DNA from: Nemertoderma westbladi | Taxonomy: Eukaryota > Animalia > Xenacoelomorpha | Assembly (NCBI GenBank): GCA_032718475.1 | Contig: JAUCBJ010002461.1 | Span: 1-64,000, forward strand | Length of the DNA stretch: 64,000 nucleotides | Direction: 5' to 3' | Part shown: positions 27,644 to 40,729 of the stretch, in pieces | Numbering within the stretch: position 1 is the stretch's first letter | How the letters are laid out: every line of letters starts with the position of its first letter | Made by a program: the position numbers and the translations under genes | The notes under the pieces: generated by a model | The model's database searches: none | What the model saw: the letters and a program-made list of their open reading frames with translations, nothing else | What the model was told of the DNA's origin: nothing

Positions 27644-28417
27644 AGTTTAGTATTTCCCTGATGATTCTCGTGTGTTTTCGCTAGCTTCAATCCAGAAACA
27701 TTTTTTTCTCGTTATCTTGTTCCACTGCCAATCTATTCTTCTGCTCCTCTGTTTTCTTGGCTTAGTATTCCTTGGGCACTCTCCTATACTATTTAAGGCC
27801 TATTATAGGCCAGGCCTATAATGTGTTAGGGGAGGGTTAGCGCATTTTCTGTCTAAAAATTATTACATATACATGATGTTTCAAGAATACCTGGCAACAA
27901 TTTCTGGGAATGTAAAACCAATAAATTATAGAAACTTGATCTGGACAAAGGTGTAGCAAAAAAGTGGGAAGAGATGTTTATTAAAACTGATCCTTTTTAA
28001 GTTTATATCTGATAAGGTAAATTTGGTGTAATAAAGAGAGGCAATCATGCATAATAATTAATAAACCTATCTTCGCTGCCATATGAAACGTCAAGTGTCG
28101 TGCGATAATCTTGTCGAGCATAGTGTTGAGCATTTCGTGTCATCGGAAATTGTCCCATACCATCTACCATGGAAGTGAAAAGTCGGACATTGTCTCTAAC
28201 CGCAATCTTTGTAAGGCAAGTTTTACAATATGTACAAACCGATGCTAATGTGAAGAATGACTTTGATTGGAACATTGCAATTTCCTAAAAGACACTATTT
28301 TAAAACGCTTATAAAAAATGTAAATGCTATATCGAAAATTCCGGCTTCGTGGGGTCCTCATCAGTGTGTTGAACTACAGTAGTTGTGTTTCAAATTTCAA
28401 GCTGTATTATATATTAA

Positions 28418-29338
28418 CCCTATTAGCACCGGGCTATAAACTATTGTACAAATACCAGGGGCTGAGGGGGGGGGGGGGGGGGGGGGGGGGGGGTGCGATA
28501 TTGATTTTTTTGTACGTAGATTTCACTAGTATGAATCCGATCGAAAAATCGAAAAAATCTACTGGGGTGGTTATTTTGCAGCACCAAAAATTCAAGTAGT
28601 GAACAATTTTCAAAAAAAATGAAGTTACAATTTTCGGCTAATCTTCTAAATTGCGTACCCATCACTAAAAAGTACAACTTTGAGATGTCCAGTGCTGTTT
28701 TTATTGATTCCATCGGATTCAGGACCCTCTAAAATACCATCTATAGATCAATTTGTTTATTTTCAAAAATTTGGTGCTGGCACAAAAATTTTCACCCAAT
28801 GCTGTAAAATACAAGTTTGAGTCCTCTTATGCAATTTTTACTTATTCCATTGTTGATATATTTGATGGGTTTCAAAATTTGGTGCTAGCACCAAATTTTG
28901 CACCCACTTCCGAAAAATACAAGTTTGATATGTCTAGTTGGAAAATAATTTATTCCGTTGAATTCAGAACCGATAAACCTCCAAAATAAGAGAATTAAGT
29001 TGTCACAATCAATTGAATTATTGAATGGATTTTCAAAATTTCGTGCTGGCACCAGATTTTGCACACAGCACCGAAAAATACAAGTTTGATACGCTGGATG
29101 CAACTCGTATACATTCATTCACTCTATCGAAACCAGAACCCCAAAAAACCCCTATTGCGCAAAAAACAGGTTCAAACAATCAATTTACAAAATTGACATA
29201 TTTCGAAATTTGGTGGTGGCACCAAAATTTGGCACCCTATGAAAAAGACACCTTTGAAATTTCTAAATTAGTTTATATGAATTCCATCTAATTGCAAACA
29301 CCAAAAAACTGGTGTAAATGAAATGGGTGATGATAGGG
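28418..29338. mobile_element. piggyBac-like non-autonomous element
   Basis: TTAA|CCCTATTAGCACC at the left end; GGTGATGATAGGG (11/13 inverted match) at the right end; internal repeats of AAATTTGGTGCTGGCACCAAATTTT...AAATACAAGTTTGA. Confidence 0.55.
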
Positions 29339-30519
29339 AGTAATCTAATACTAACCCAAAACTAATATAAAACATAATTACACTATGTACAACTTATTTG
29401 ACAATGCCTATTGCCTAACTCATAATGTTTATTATATGTATCTTCCTACATAGGTTTATTATTTGAATTCATCAAAGAATGTAGGTTAGCCCACCTTACA
29501 CAAACTTTTGAGGGAATTGAAAAAACTTGAAACCTTCCATAATGATGGCCTTCCTATTCAAAAAAACCCCATTTCCAAACAAAGCGATCTAGCTTGTAGA
29601 TAATTTTTCATAATATTGGTTTCACTTGCAGTTAACAAAATGTCTAGCAGTTCCATCATGGTGTTTGCGAAACCCTGAATTAGCTATATTGTTACAGACT
29701 CTTCAACAGGGATAACTACTGAACATGATATATTTTCACCCTTTCAAAAAAAAAACATATATTCAATTCCAATCACTAGTTTTTTCCAATTGCCAGTGAT
29801 AGTTTACAAAGTTGTCCCTGTTCGTGCCCAGAAACTATAACAATAATCCACAAAATACAAGATGAAACCGCTATTAACAAACCAGTAAATAACCAGTTAA
29901 TAATGATAATTAGTAACCTAACCCCTGAGCTAAAGTGATTCCAACTCCTATTCGATAAATATAAGATACTGGTAGAGGCCCAAACACATGTAGTCAACTC
30001 ACCAGTGATAAACGTTCAATAATCACTTTATGTTAGTTGTATTATTAATGATACCTAGAAGAAATGGGATTAGCAAACAAATGACAAATTACGGACTAAT
30101 AAGATGTCACCTAATCAGGTAATGGGGAAACCATTTGTTCAATAAGATGGTGAACCGATGTCTGCCACACCATGAAGAGGGTCTACTCCACAGCAATTCC
30201 TTAATGCCAGACCTTACTTACATGATGCAAAATACATGCAGTATCCAATGGTCTTTTAATAACATATATATAGCAAGTTTATTTATCCTTGTTAGTTATT
30301 AATTTTTTGTCTATAATAATAATAATATAATATCATAGCCCTTTTATCTATATTTAGCAACGGTATCAGTTTTTAAAATAATTAGCTTACCCATTTACTT
30401 AGTAAACGCTACTTTATCTTTTGGACAAAAATTTGAAGTTTGAGAATTCAACAGAAGATATAAAATTATATAAAGAATCATTAGGCATTATTCTGGTATA
30501 ATATTCCTGCATATAAATG

Positions 30520-30650
30520 CATGCCCAGCAACATAGCACCCAGATCTCATGGTCAGCCATACACTTTCCCAATTTATCCCAATTCTCAAGTCCATTGTCG
30601 TTGATCAGGCGTTTGAGGAAAGTCATTGGCTGTCCACCAGTCTATTCAGG
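30520..30650 (-). pseudogene. Diverged RTE LINE 3' fragment
   Basis: GGQPMTFLKRLINDNGLENWDKLGKCMADHEIW aligns to GGQPMTFLRRILKDTGL...MGDRELW of the local RTE. Confidence 0.7.
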
Positions 30651-31789
30651 CATGGTGGACAGATCAGGCATGATATATATAATTTATATACTGTAGGTAG
30701 TAACAACAATTGGACTACTTGCTGTGGGTTACACGATCACAAAGTAGGTAAGAATCGGGACGAAGGTCTGTATAGGTAGATTATTCGAAGTTCTCTGGGG
30801 TGTCTCCTTCAAGAAGACACATTAGCTCCCTTCCTCTATTATTGAGTTGGACTATGTCCTATGGATATCTCTCAATATTCACAATGCTGATGGGGTGGTA
30901 TTTTCTTCAATCTTTTGACATGTTGCTAAACACATCCAATTCCAAGGACAGTCAGTTTGTTAATGATAACCAAAAAAATTAAACCCTGAACCTCTCCATT
31001 GGAGTAAATACTGTTTCAGGTGATGGGCTCTCATCAAATTGATGTTACCTACTATGAGGTCGTTTTGAGGTTTCTTTATATTGTGTTTTATTCCTGACTT
31101 CCATTTTCTTCATGGAATTCAAATTCTGAGCATTGACATTTAGTGGATAGATGTAATTACAATCTTATAAGGCAGGGACGATTATTTCAAATATTGATCA
31201 CTAAAATAAAAAATAATATTTGAATGAATACCATTTATTTAATTATGAATTTTAATCATATAATTCACATTACCATATCGCCTCAAAACGCTAAGAAAAA
31301 CAACAAATAAATCTATATAATAATTGCTCTGCTGTAATATCCCAACCATAAAAAACTCTCAATACTAAAAGTAGTATCAATGTCAAGTAGTAGTAATAAT
31401 AACTATCAGACCACAATGGGGCTGGCACTAAACCAACTTACTCCATGAGAACAGATAGATGACCCTGATCTTGTTATTGAGAATACTCAACAATGTATAA
31501 CAAATATTTATAGTAACTTATGGTTTATAATATAGTTTGTTGTATGTATTATAGCATCTACATAGTGTATGTATGCACGCACATGAACATGGTATATTTA
31601 TCTACTACATGAATCAGGATATATAAAGCGATAGAACTTCAACCCATTTATAGAAAGAATAATATATACAAATTGTTCAAATATATGGCAAAAACCCAAA
31701 GCCCTCAGATACAAGACCATTGTTACTATCATGATATAATAATTCATTATAATCTTGAGAATGTATGTGAATTGTGATGAATGCAAAAC

Positions 31790-32550
31790 TTGCAGCAGAT
31801 TTGTCTTGATATATATATATTAGCTTTCTGCATCTATCATCCAGGGCTTAGAGTTTCATAATTTCGAGTGTATGAATGCAGAATATGTACACGAATTACC
31901 TTTGGATTATGCAGCAGGAGCCAAACTAAACACCTTAACTGCTATCTTTAGAAGCATGGCCATTCTTTACCTTCATTCAACAAATATTCTATCACTGATT
32001 TCACCTCTTTTTCCAATATCTTTAAGTGAAATGTATTCTCATCCTTCTCCAAAGTGTTGCAACACAGTATATGCAGTTAGCTCTTTAAATAATGTTTCAC
32101 ACTGCTCATTATCATCGTACTATTATAATTCACCATCTAGTGGCACAAGGCAATACCAAGCGATTGATGTCCTCTCGACATTGTGCTTGACATTGCATCT
32201 AAAGATTGCATTAAGCATATGATGGGTTTTAAAAAATACCACAATAACGTTGCAATATGGTTGGAAACTGCCATTAAATAAATTTTCAAACAGATAAACA
32301 TTGGAGGGCTTGACGTTTACAGAAAATATATTTCTTAACTAGGAGATGCAGAGCATGAGCAACACAATCATGAAATAATTTTGTAGGATACTTAATTTAT
32401 CCTCAAGTATTTTCAATGTAAGCTTGTTAGCACTGGTATAATCTGTGACTAAGCAGATACTTCCCATTTATCATCGCTTTCCATCATTTCAATAACGTAT
32501 CATCCTGAGCAATCCACATTACTGTATGACCTTGCTCACCAGTTGTAACT
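31790..32550 (-). pseudogene. Degenerate hAT transposase C-terminal (dimerisation) region
   Basis: Minus strand gives LLKIAVKVFSLAPAA...AFIHSKL*N...CRKLIYI...KTN, matching the hAT tail (S.A..ER.FS...IHSK.RN.L....KLVY); contains stops and indels. Confidence 0.55.
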
Positions 32551-33044
32551 GCTTTAGTAACTAAAGCTCTTTTGTTGAATCAGTTTCAATATTCTTATTG
32601 GGATTTTAGAGTGTCCGCATGGTTTGTTTTCATTCAAATTTTGAATAATTTTGTTTAGATCAAGAATATCTAGAGAAGACAAACAAAAACGTTGTTGTTT
32701 GGAATAGTTTGAATTTGGTTTTGAATTGGCATATTGTAATATTAAGATCTGATAATTTACCAATATTGATATATATTTCATTTCAAATGTTCGATATTTC
32801 TTTTTTTTCAAATATGCTTTTACCACAATACCTTACTGCCATCCTAAGGCAAACCCATGTAACTCGAATTTTGACGAAAATGAGATATTGGTATCATTTT
32901 AAAGCATACGGCGAGCTCTACCTGGTGGTAGAATTTAATAGAGTTCATATAAACCCTAAAGGGGTTAAAAAGGGGGTAGAATGTAACTGCATTATATGAA
33001 TTTGTTAAGGCATGCCAAGGCAGAAGCTAACACTGGATATATTA

Positions 33045-33574
33045 GGCCGAGGGCCGTTGAAAATGACAGGGTTAAATTGTCAGTATTAATAATCACAGTA
33101 ATTGATAATAGCACAGTCTGAATATAATAATATGCAATACAACAGTCAGTAATGACGACGACGGTCAAAACTATTCCGGTCTCACAACTGTAAGGAAATC
33201 AACTAAACTAATAATCAGTAATCACAACGGTTATATCATTGACACATATTACATTAGCCCTACACTACAGGCTGGCCTTAATATCCAATAGATGCGCTCT
33301 TGTCCTCCCCAATGTGCTTTCCCGCCCACTATTGGCTTAACCTGATTAATTCTCACCTCGCCACTCCCTGTTGGCATTGTCCCTTGGTGCTAGCTTGTTT
33401 GTCCCTCTGAGGTGGTTTTGACCTCTCACCTCTCTCTGTGGCTTACGGCGTGCATCGCCCCAGTTTGGTTATGAGGTGAGATTATTATTGGAAATCTCAC
33501 ATCGCCAACTATATTGGTAAAATGCCACTAATCCCATTTTCGGTGGGTAGTGCACGGAATTGAATCCGCTGACA
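33045..33574 (-). mobile_element. Partial solo LTR related to the LTR at 47333-48101
   Basis: Shares GGTTATGAGG.GAGATTATTATTGG...ATCGCCAACTATATTGGTAAAATGCCACT...GGAATTGAATCCGCT; homology stops exactly at the terminal ...ACA. Confidence 0.8.
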
Positions 33575-33709
33575 AATACATCATTTTAATACATCAGATG
33601 GTGGGGTGACTCTTGATGCAATCCAAAGTCATCCCTCCCCAGTAGAATTATAATGCAAATAAGAGCTAATTACTTGCAAAAATGAAACTGCTACATATAC
33701 ATACATTTT

Positions 33710-35188
33710 TAGGGTGTCCCAAAAAATAGTTTTTTTTCTGTAAATGCTTAGCAACTTCACCAAAAGTTGTGACTTGCCATTAAAATAAGGTGAGAAAAAT
33801 CTTGGGGTGTAACTCCTTGATATTCAAGTGCCACCGGAGGGTCAAAATTTTGAAAATTTGCCATTTTCGCAAAAATTCACAGGCTAAAAAATAAGTCAGA
33901 GTAGGTTAAGCGAAATACAACTGCTGCTATTTCATCCCATAGTATGGTAGTTTAAAACAAACCAATGATAATACTTAATTTCATAGAACATGTGCCACCG
34001 TGATGCGTTTTTTGACAAAAATTGAAAATTTTGATGAAAATTGTGTTTGTATTGTGCCAATTGTGCCACCGTGATGCGTTTTTTGACAAAAATTGAAAAT
34101 TTTGATGAAAATTGTGTTTGTGTTTTCTTCATTATACTGCTTATAAATTAGAAACCTATTATAATTTTATAAACCTAAAGTATATGTTAATAATATTAAC
34201 AAATTTAACATAAGATCCAGTCAGTTTCAAAATAATTGGTTTGTCGTGCAAAGAACACGAGTATGGATTAATTCATTAGGCGCGATTTCTTACTGACCAC
34301 ATTACAAGAAGCTCCGGTAACAGCTTTAACAAAGCGCTCACAAGACTGATTGTGAAGTGGATATTCAGGTGATGGTTGAAGATTACCAACGAGCCCACAA
34401 ATCTCATTATCAGTAAGTTTCAATAAGCATGGAGGTTGAGATATTTCAGTCGTTTGCCAATCGATCATTTCGTAATAGTTATCAGCATCCATGATCAATT
34501 TGGGAATCTTAAACTGACGGACTTCATTAGTGACTGTGCGACTGCATGCCTTCAAAATCTCCTAGATCGCGAAAATGTGCCCATTCATCAAAAACCATAG
34601 AAAATAAAATACTTTCAGGGTGAGCATAATAAGCATTTCGGGTAATAACTTTATCAACAACAAGTCTATGCTTGTCATGCAAATATCTACTCCATTGTAA
34701 TAATAAAAAGTAATGTTTAGCCCCATTTGTCAACTGCCAATCACTTTTGACTAAAAACAGAATAGGTGCATAAACCCTGACAATAAACGTTGTCATTACA
34801 ATTAGATTTTCGTCTGGATTCTCAGTTGAAATATATAAACGGCAAATACGGCTGGCTAAAGTTACCCACCTAGCTTGGCTTAATTTCCCTGGTTTCAGTA
34901 AGCTAAGCTTCATTGGACAATCTTGTATAAATACAGCTGATCAGGAGGGCTCAGCGAATCAGCAGCATTTGCATCCATCCTACAAAAATTGGGAGATGAA
35001 ATGCATTCAAAAGTTGTTAGAGTTAATTTGGAAACATCACAAGCGACCAATTTCCCAATTGGACTTTTAAACACATTAGGTATAGCTGTTAATCCATCAA
35101 TATAAAAATACAAGTGTCTCAAGGAAAGTTCATTGAGATGTAAAAAACAAACAGCCCATTGAGGTGAATTATGTGCTGTGAATTATAT
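33710..35188 (-). mobile_element. 3' half of a hATm-like DNA transposon with decayed transposase
   Basis: Fragments LRHL..IDG.T, PGKLSQARWVT, VYAP, NAYYAHPESIL and PLHNQSCERFVKAVT; terminus TAGGGTGTCCCAAAAAA at 33710. Superfamily name recalled from motif and terminus style. Confidence 0.7.
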
Positions 35189-37885
35189 GAATGCTGTGCC
35201 GGCTTGTCGACAAAATTGTGCCCCCACAACTCCCTATCACCCATGACATTTGCTAGATCATCCGCATCTTCAAGGCCAGTGTCCTTTAAGATGCGACTCA
35301 AGAAAGTCGTGGGCTGTCCACCATGCTTATTCACTCCATGAGGCTGCCAAAGTACAAGATTGTGCACTGGCTGGTCCTTGAAGCAATGTCCTGCAAACGG
35401 AGGCGATTTTGTTCTAGTGTCAAGCTTGGGGGAACCAAAGAGACTCCTCCAATTCTATATAGTGTCTGGTTGGAGATGTGTGAATTGTACTTGACACAAT
35501 GAACCCAGCGCAGCATTCTTGTGAATGTGCCATCCAGAGATTTGGTGTCCTCATCAGTTAGAGCCCAGCATGGACTTCCATAGAGGAGTACTGGAACTAC
35601 TGCTGCTCTAAATAATCGGACCTTAAGTTTCCAATTAATTCTCGGTGACTTCCAAATCCTGGAAAGCCTATTCAAGGCTGCCCATGCCTTTCCCTTACAT
35701 ATTCGAAGGTCCTCACCTGACTTGCGGATCCATGATCCCAGGTAACAGAAGTCATCCACATGCTCAAGCATACCATCCTTTGAGCTTATGCTCATCCGAT
35801 CAGAGACTTGCTGAGGACTTTCAAAGTTAACTGTCAAAATTTTGGTCTTTCTGGAGTTAATAAAAAGACCAACACTAGAAGCAGCATGTTCTAATGAGCT
35901 GAGGAGCCGTTGGGCTCCCTCTAATGATTCTGAGAGTACTCCTAAGTCATCAGCAAAGTCTAGATCAGTTAGGTACTTGGCAGGATTTCCTCGACTTCTG
36001 GAGCCAGTAGGTGGAGTTATCATCACCCCATCATCATTATGATGATCTAAGGACATGCGTAGAACATAGTCAACCACAATAATGAACAAGAATGGTGCAA
36101 GTGTGTCTCCTTGGAGGACGCCCCATAACACTTCAAATGGTTCTGTGTCACCGTCAACAGTAGACACAAATGTTGTCGAACCATCGTATACTGATCTCAT
36201 TGCTGCAATAATTTCATCAGGAATCCCATATAATGAAAGTATGCTGAACATACGTGAGCGACAGACTGAATCAAAGGCCTTGAAGAAGTCAACAAAGATA
36301 ACAGCCAGATGCCTGTCTTTCTTTTTTGATAATTCTTCAATTATCCTTCTAAGTGCCAAAATGGGCTCCATGGTCCCACGACCTTTACGGAACCCATTCT
36401 GATTTCCACGGAGCAGTCTCTCAATGGGATTCCTGATGCGATTTAATATAATTCTATTGTATAGCTTTGCAGCAATTGAGATCAATGAGATTCCCCGAAA
36501 AGAACCATAGAGTGTTAGGTTGCCCTTCTTGGGAACTGGCACCAACTTATTTGTTTTAATTTCTTGTGGGACTCTTGTTGTTCGGTACATGTCTACTATG
36601 ATGGGATAGATGAGCTTTAAACACTCAGGTATTTTAAAGACCTCAGGGGGAACACCATCTACTCCACTGGTACGATTGGTCTTAATGCTCTTTGCAGCAG
36701 CCTTCACTTCTGCAAAGGAGATATCGCCAATGGGAATATCTGGGAGTACAGACTCAGACACTTTTACCTCTATAAAGTTATCAGGCAATACCCTGTCATT
36801 ATTGAGGAGCTTTCCAAAGTGGGATTTCCAACCATTGAGGCGATTGGCTGGTGATTCAGCCTTAACCTTGGTGGTTTGTTGGCTTTTCCGCCCAGTGAGC
36901 AAATTGATCGATTTCCATGCCTGGGATGATTGCCTGCTGTCGTCAGCATCATTGATGGCATCAACCTGTTAGTTTATTAGCTCCTGTAGATTAACAGAGT
37001 ACTGCCTGTTCAGGGACCTAGATGCAGCCTTAACTGCATTCTTGGCCGCTGTAGTCTGTTTGAGTCGGGACTCTTTCTGTGCCTTATGAAGGTCATTTCG
37101 GCACTTCTGAATTTTGTTGTCAGTCCAGGGGGCCCTTTTCCTGTTTCGAGGGTATACAGGAACTGTTTCTGCAGCTGCTAACTTAACTGCTTCTGTAAAG
37201 GCAGTATAGCCCTCACAGTGATCTGCCGCCTCAGAGGCAAGAGCCTCATACCTGTTCCTCAGCTGTAGTGTGAAGCTGGATCTCACACTTGGCTGTTGCA
37301 ACAGAGAGGACCAGTCATGCCGCGGCAAGGCAGATTTCGTTGTTCTGCTAGCACGCAGACTAAGTCTTACCTTGGCCACAATAAGGCGGTGATCACTGGA
37401 GAAGGGTCGAAGTGGAAATGCATTACAGTCTTGTATAGAGCTCCTGTATTTCCTACGAAACAGAATATGGTCTATCTGGGACTTGTGACCACTGGGTCCA
37501 CTATGAGTCCATAGCTTTCCAGTTCGCTTCTTGAACTGGGTTCCAGCCAAAAACAATCCATTTCCAGAGATAAAAATCCTGAAGATGGACAGTATTTCGG
37601 TTAACACTATTGCTATAGACCCAGGGCGATGTAGGTGATTGATGCAGACTTGCATTAAAGTCTCCCAGGAATGTTAACAATGCATGCTGATCCACTCCAT
37701 CAGTAGCTGCTTGTAGATTGTGGTAGAAATTTCCCACCTCCTCTACGACCTTCACGGAACCCATTCTGATTTCCACGGAGCAGTCTCTCAATGGGATCCC
37801 TGATGCGATTTAATAGAATTCTATTGTATAGCTTTGCAGCAATCGAGATCAATGAAATTCCCCGAAAAGAACCATAGAGTGTTAG
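35189..37885 (-). mobile_element. RTE-clade LINE (partial APE endonuclease + RT), frameshifted, both ends truncated
   Basis: APE motifs GDFNA, IDHIL, SDHRL; RT motifs QNGFRKGR, FVDFFKAFDSV, GVLQGDTLAPFLF, DFADD, YLGS. Confidence 0.93.
35331..36902 (-). pseudogene. RTE reverse transcriptase ORF (523-aa segment)
   Basis: Full RT motif set in the supplied ORF; upstream endonuclease segment (36969-37750) is separated by a stop or frameshift. Confidence 0.9.
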
Positions 37886-38373
37886 AATAGATAGTTATTT
37901 AAGCTTAGAGCTTACTTAAAACTGCCTTCGGGGTCTACTACATATCCTCGACCAGGACATTCCGACAGTAGGTTCCCTGAACGAAACCGAAGGTATAGTG
38001 GGAAGGAGATCAATATTTACTAGATGAGCCCCTAAGAAGCAGTTAAGGCCTTCCGATATTCTCACCCCTAAGACGGAAGTAATTTATATGACTGAAATAA
38101 CTTGGTATACCTTACTCGTTAACAATTTCACTGAGCTCGCTGGCTATCATTGGATTTGGAGCTGGGATAACGCAGATTCCTGCATGTGAAACACAAACCC
38201 GCCTGGCTGTGAGTGTCTGTGGTCACCCAGACAATGTTGAAACCAGGTCTGTTTTCCAGCAAGCTCTTAGAATTTGCTGTTGGTGTTCTACTAGACGCGC
38301 TATTTGGTGGAATTCTAACTAATTATTTCGGATTCCAAATTGCAGCTTCACATACACTTCACATAGCTTCACA

Positions 38374-38421
38374 ACACTAAAGGAAAACACAGCAGTCGAC
38401 CGCTGTGTTTTCGTTTAGTGT
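38374..38421. repeat. 48-bp near-perfect palindrome
   Basis: ACACTAAAGGAAAACACAGCAGTC|GACCGCTGTGTTTTCGTTTAGTGT, two mismatched pairs. Confidence 0.85.
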
Positions 38422-40418
38422 ATCCTTAAAGTACCGTAACGATAAATTACACCTAATTGCGTTGCCCTATTTTATATTTAATGTGTTTATTATGTATCAG
38501 AGTATTTACTCCATTTATAGTTTTGCTTTGTTTGCTTTCTTGCTCTTGCAATCTCTATGTTATTTTATGGCTGATGATGATTAAAGTTTAAATCGAGACA
38601 TTCCGCGCACATTATATTGATAATTTTAGTAATGATAACTTCATTCTTCCCAACAACGCTTGTTTTGTTATTCATTTTCCGAATTCGATATCCGAAGGGA
38701 TCCTCTATTACTGAAGATCAAAATTATTACAGTGAACCTTTAAAGCCCTCAAGAAATGTCTGATCGTAAGGGCATAAACTCCAGGGAAGGCTTGCTTGAG
38801 AATGTGGATGACTTCTGATACTTGGGATCATGTATTATGGTTTAATTTATGGCTTGTAGCTAAAGAATGAAAACGAAAATAAAAATTATGTCTCACCCAC
38901 AATTTGTATAAAAATGGTACCTGAGTTACGTACGACACTAATTTCCCGGACATGTGTACAGTGCTAGAGTAGAAGTCAAGTATGCGCTTGCCCAAGTCAC
39001 TGGTGGTATCATAATGTTAAAATATTGCAGGTATCGAGGCAATATCGAAGTAGATAGGGTTGAATTACAGGTTCATTGTGCTAACAGTCGATTTAGTAGG
39101 TAGTAGTACGGTACTGTGGTATGTACTGTAGCTTCACTGTTTGTAAGTAGATTCCATAGAATTTGATAAAGCCCTGTTGGGTGAAATATTATTGTAACTT
39201 TATTTATTGAAAGATTCTATAAATTTAATTATACGTAACGCAACATCTATGACTTGTTATTATTTCTCTTTACCGAACCTTCCATTAAGATATAGCTGCA
39301 ATAGTCACTTAGAAAAGATCCCCCATTCCTGCAATATAGAGTAGAAGTCAATGCATCCTTTAATGGCGGTGCCCCACAATGGCCATCGTTTTCAAAACAT
39401 AAACTCCGTACTCATCTGTGGGATTCTGCCATGAAAATTAATGGCAAATTCAATCTGCTGTGAATTTTCATGGAAGATTCCTATTGGCTTTTTAAAATAT
39501 TTAAAGTAGAGCTTATCAATCTAGCAAAAAAAGGGGGTCAACACATAACAAATACGCAATTCATCCAAACCAATAATTGTTATTCTATCTACATACAGTA
39601 GTTACCAATTTAGTTTCCGGAGCAACGGAAATTTGTATAATATTTTCCTCATTCAAACCTCATCAAACTGGCGCAGTGGCGGTACGGCTAATGTCACACA
39701 TTACGGAAAGTCGAGGTACGGCTACTCAAAAAGTTGCGTTACGGCTAATTGTTGCGTTACGGCTAATCTATTGTCTTGGTTTTACATAGGGAATCATTAT
39801 CAATATTATTCTATGGTGTTTACGTACAGATGAGAAAGATTCGAAAAATTTAATGTAATAATGTTTTACAGCATGGGAATATCCAGGGGGGGGGGGGGGG
39901 GGGGGGGATTTTAACTAAAAAAACTTAATTTATTAATTTATTAATTATTGTATTATTTTTGTTGTATTGAGTACCACAGTACACAGTACCATATAGGTAA
40001 ATTTGTCGAAAGTATATCAGTATTTTGCCGAAATATTGCACTTTGAATTTATAATCAAATCAAAAGTATATAAAACTAAAGCTCTTGAATTAGCCAGTCA
40101 TCGCCCGCGTATGGCATTTGGTTCGGTGGTGGGGTAGATTGGAATGGTTTGGCCACGGAGGGGTGGATGGGGTTGGTAAGAAATGGTCGTTTGGTCGAAG
40201 GGGTCGTTTGGGGGTGGGTTGGGAAGAAAGGGTTCGGTCCCGAAGGGGTGGTTCGGGGGTGGGTTGGAATGGTTCGGCGGCGAAGGGGTGGTTCACTACA
40301 CCAACATGCCAGTCAGGATCACGACCCCCTCCCAATGCAGCTGGACTTACAACTGGGTGATTGGCGGCTGGAAGGACGGCCATTGCCTGCTTGTCAGTCC
40401 CCAAACAGAACGCCATAT

Positions 40419-40661
40419 TGTTAAAATATCCATAATGGCAGAATGGTCGCAGTTGCAGTTCTCATATTATTGCTATATGATATATATACTGATATAGGCT
40501 AATACGTACAAAAAGCTTACTTGAGACCGGTATACAGCTCAATACAGCAGCACCACAATACAATACATCACCCAACACCGTAATACCAAGTATCAAGAAA
40601 AAGTAAGGGAACTTAGGTCATTTTATCAGTTTGAACTCGTAATAGTACAATATTTACGACA
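40419..40661 (-). repeat. 3' LTR of BEL/Pao element 1
   Basis: Minus strand: PPT-like GTGGGAG then TGTCGTAAATAT...ATATTTTAACA. The lower-coordinate boundary is inferred from the TG..CA inverted termini. Confidence 0.6.
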
Positions 40662-40729
40662 CTCCCACGAAAGGAAATACTACCGGACCGGTGATGACTT
40701 TGTCTTGATTCAAGTTTAATTTATTTCTA

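Noticed and set aside
32580-32680. IIQNLNENKPCGHSKIPIRILK, a possible CR1/L2 LINE scrap
   Set aside because: Only ~25 residues of resemblance; too short to call.
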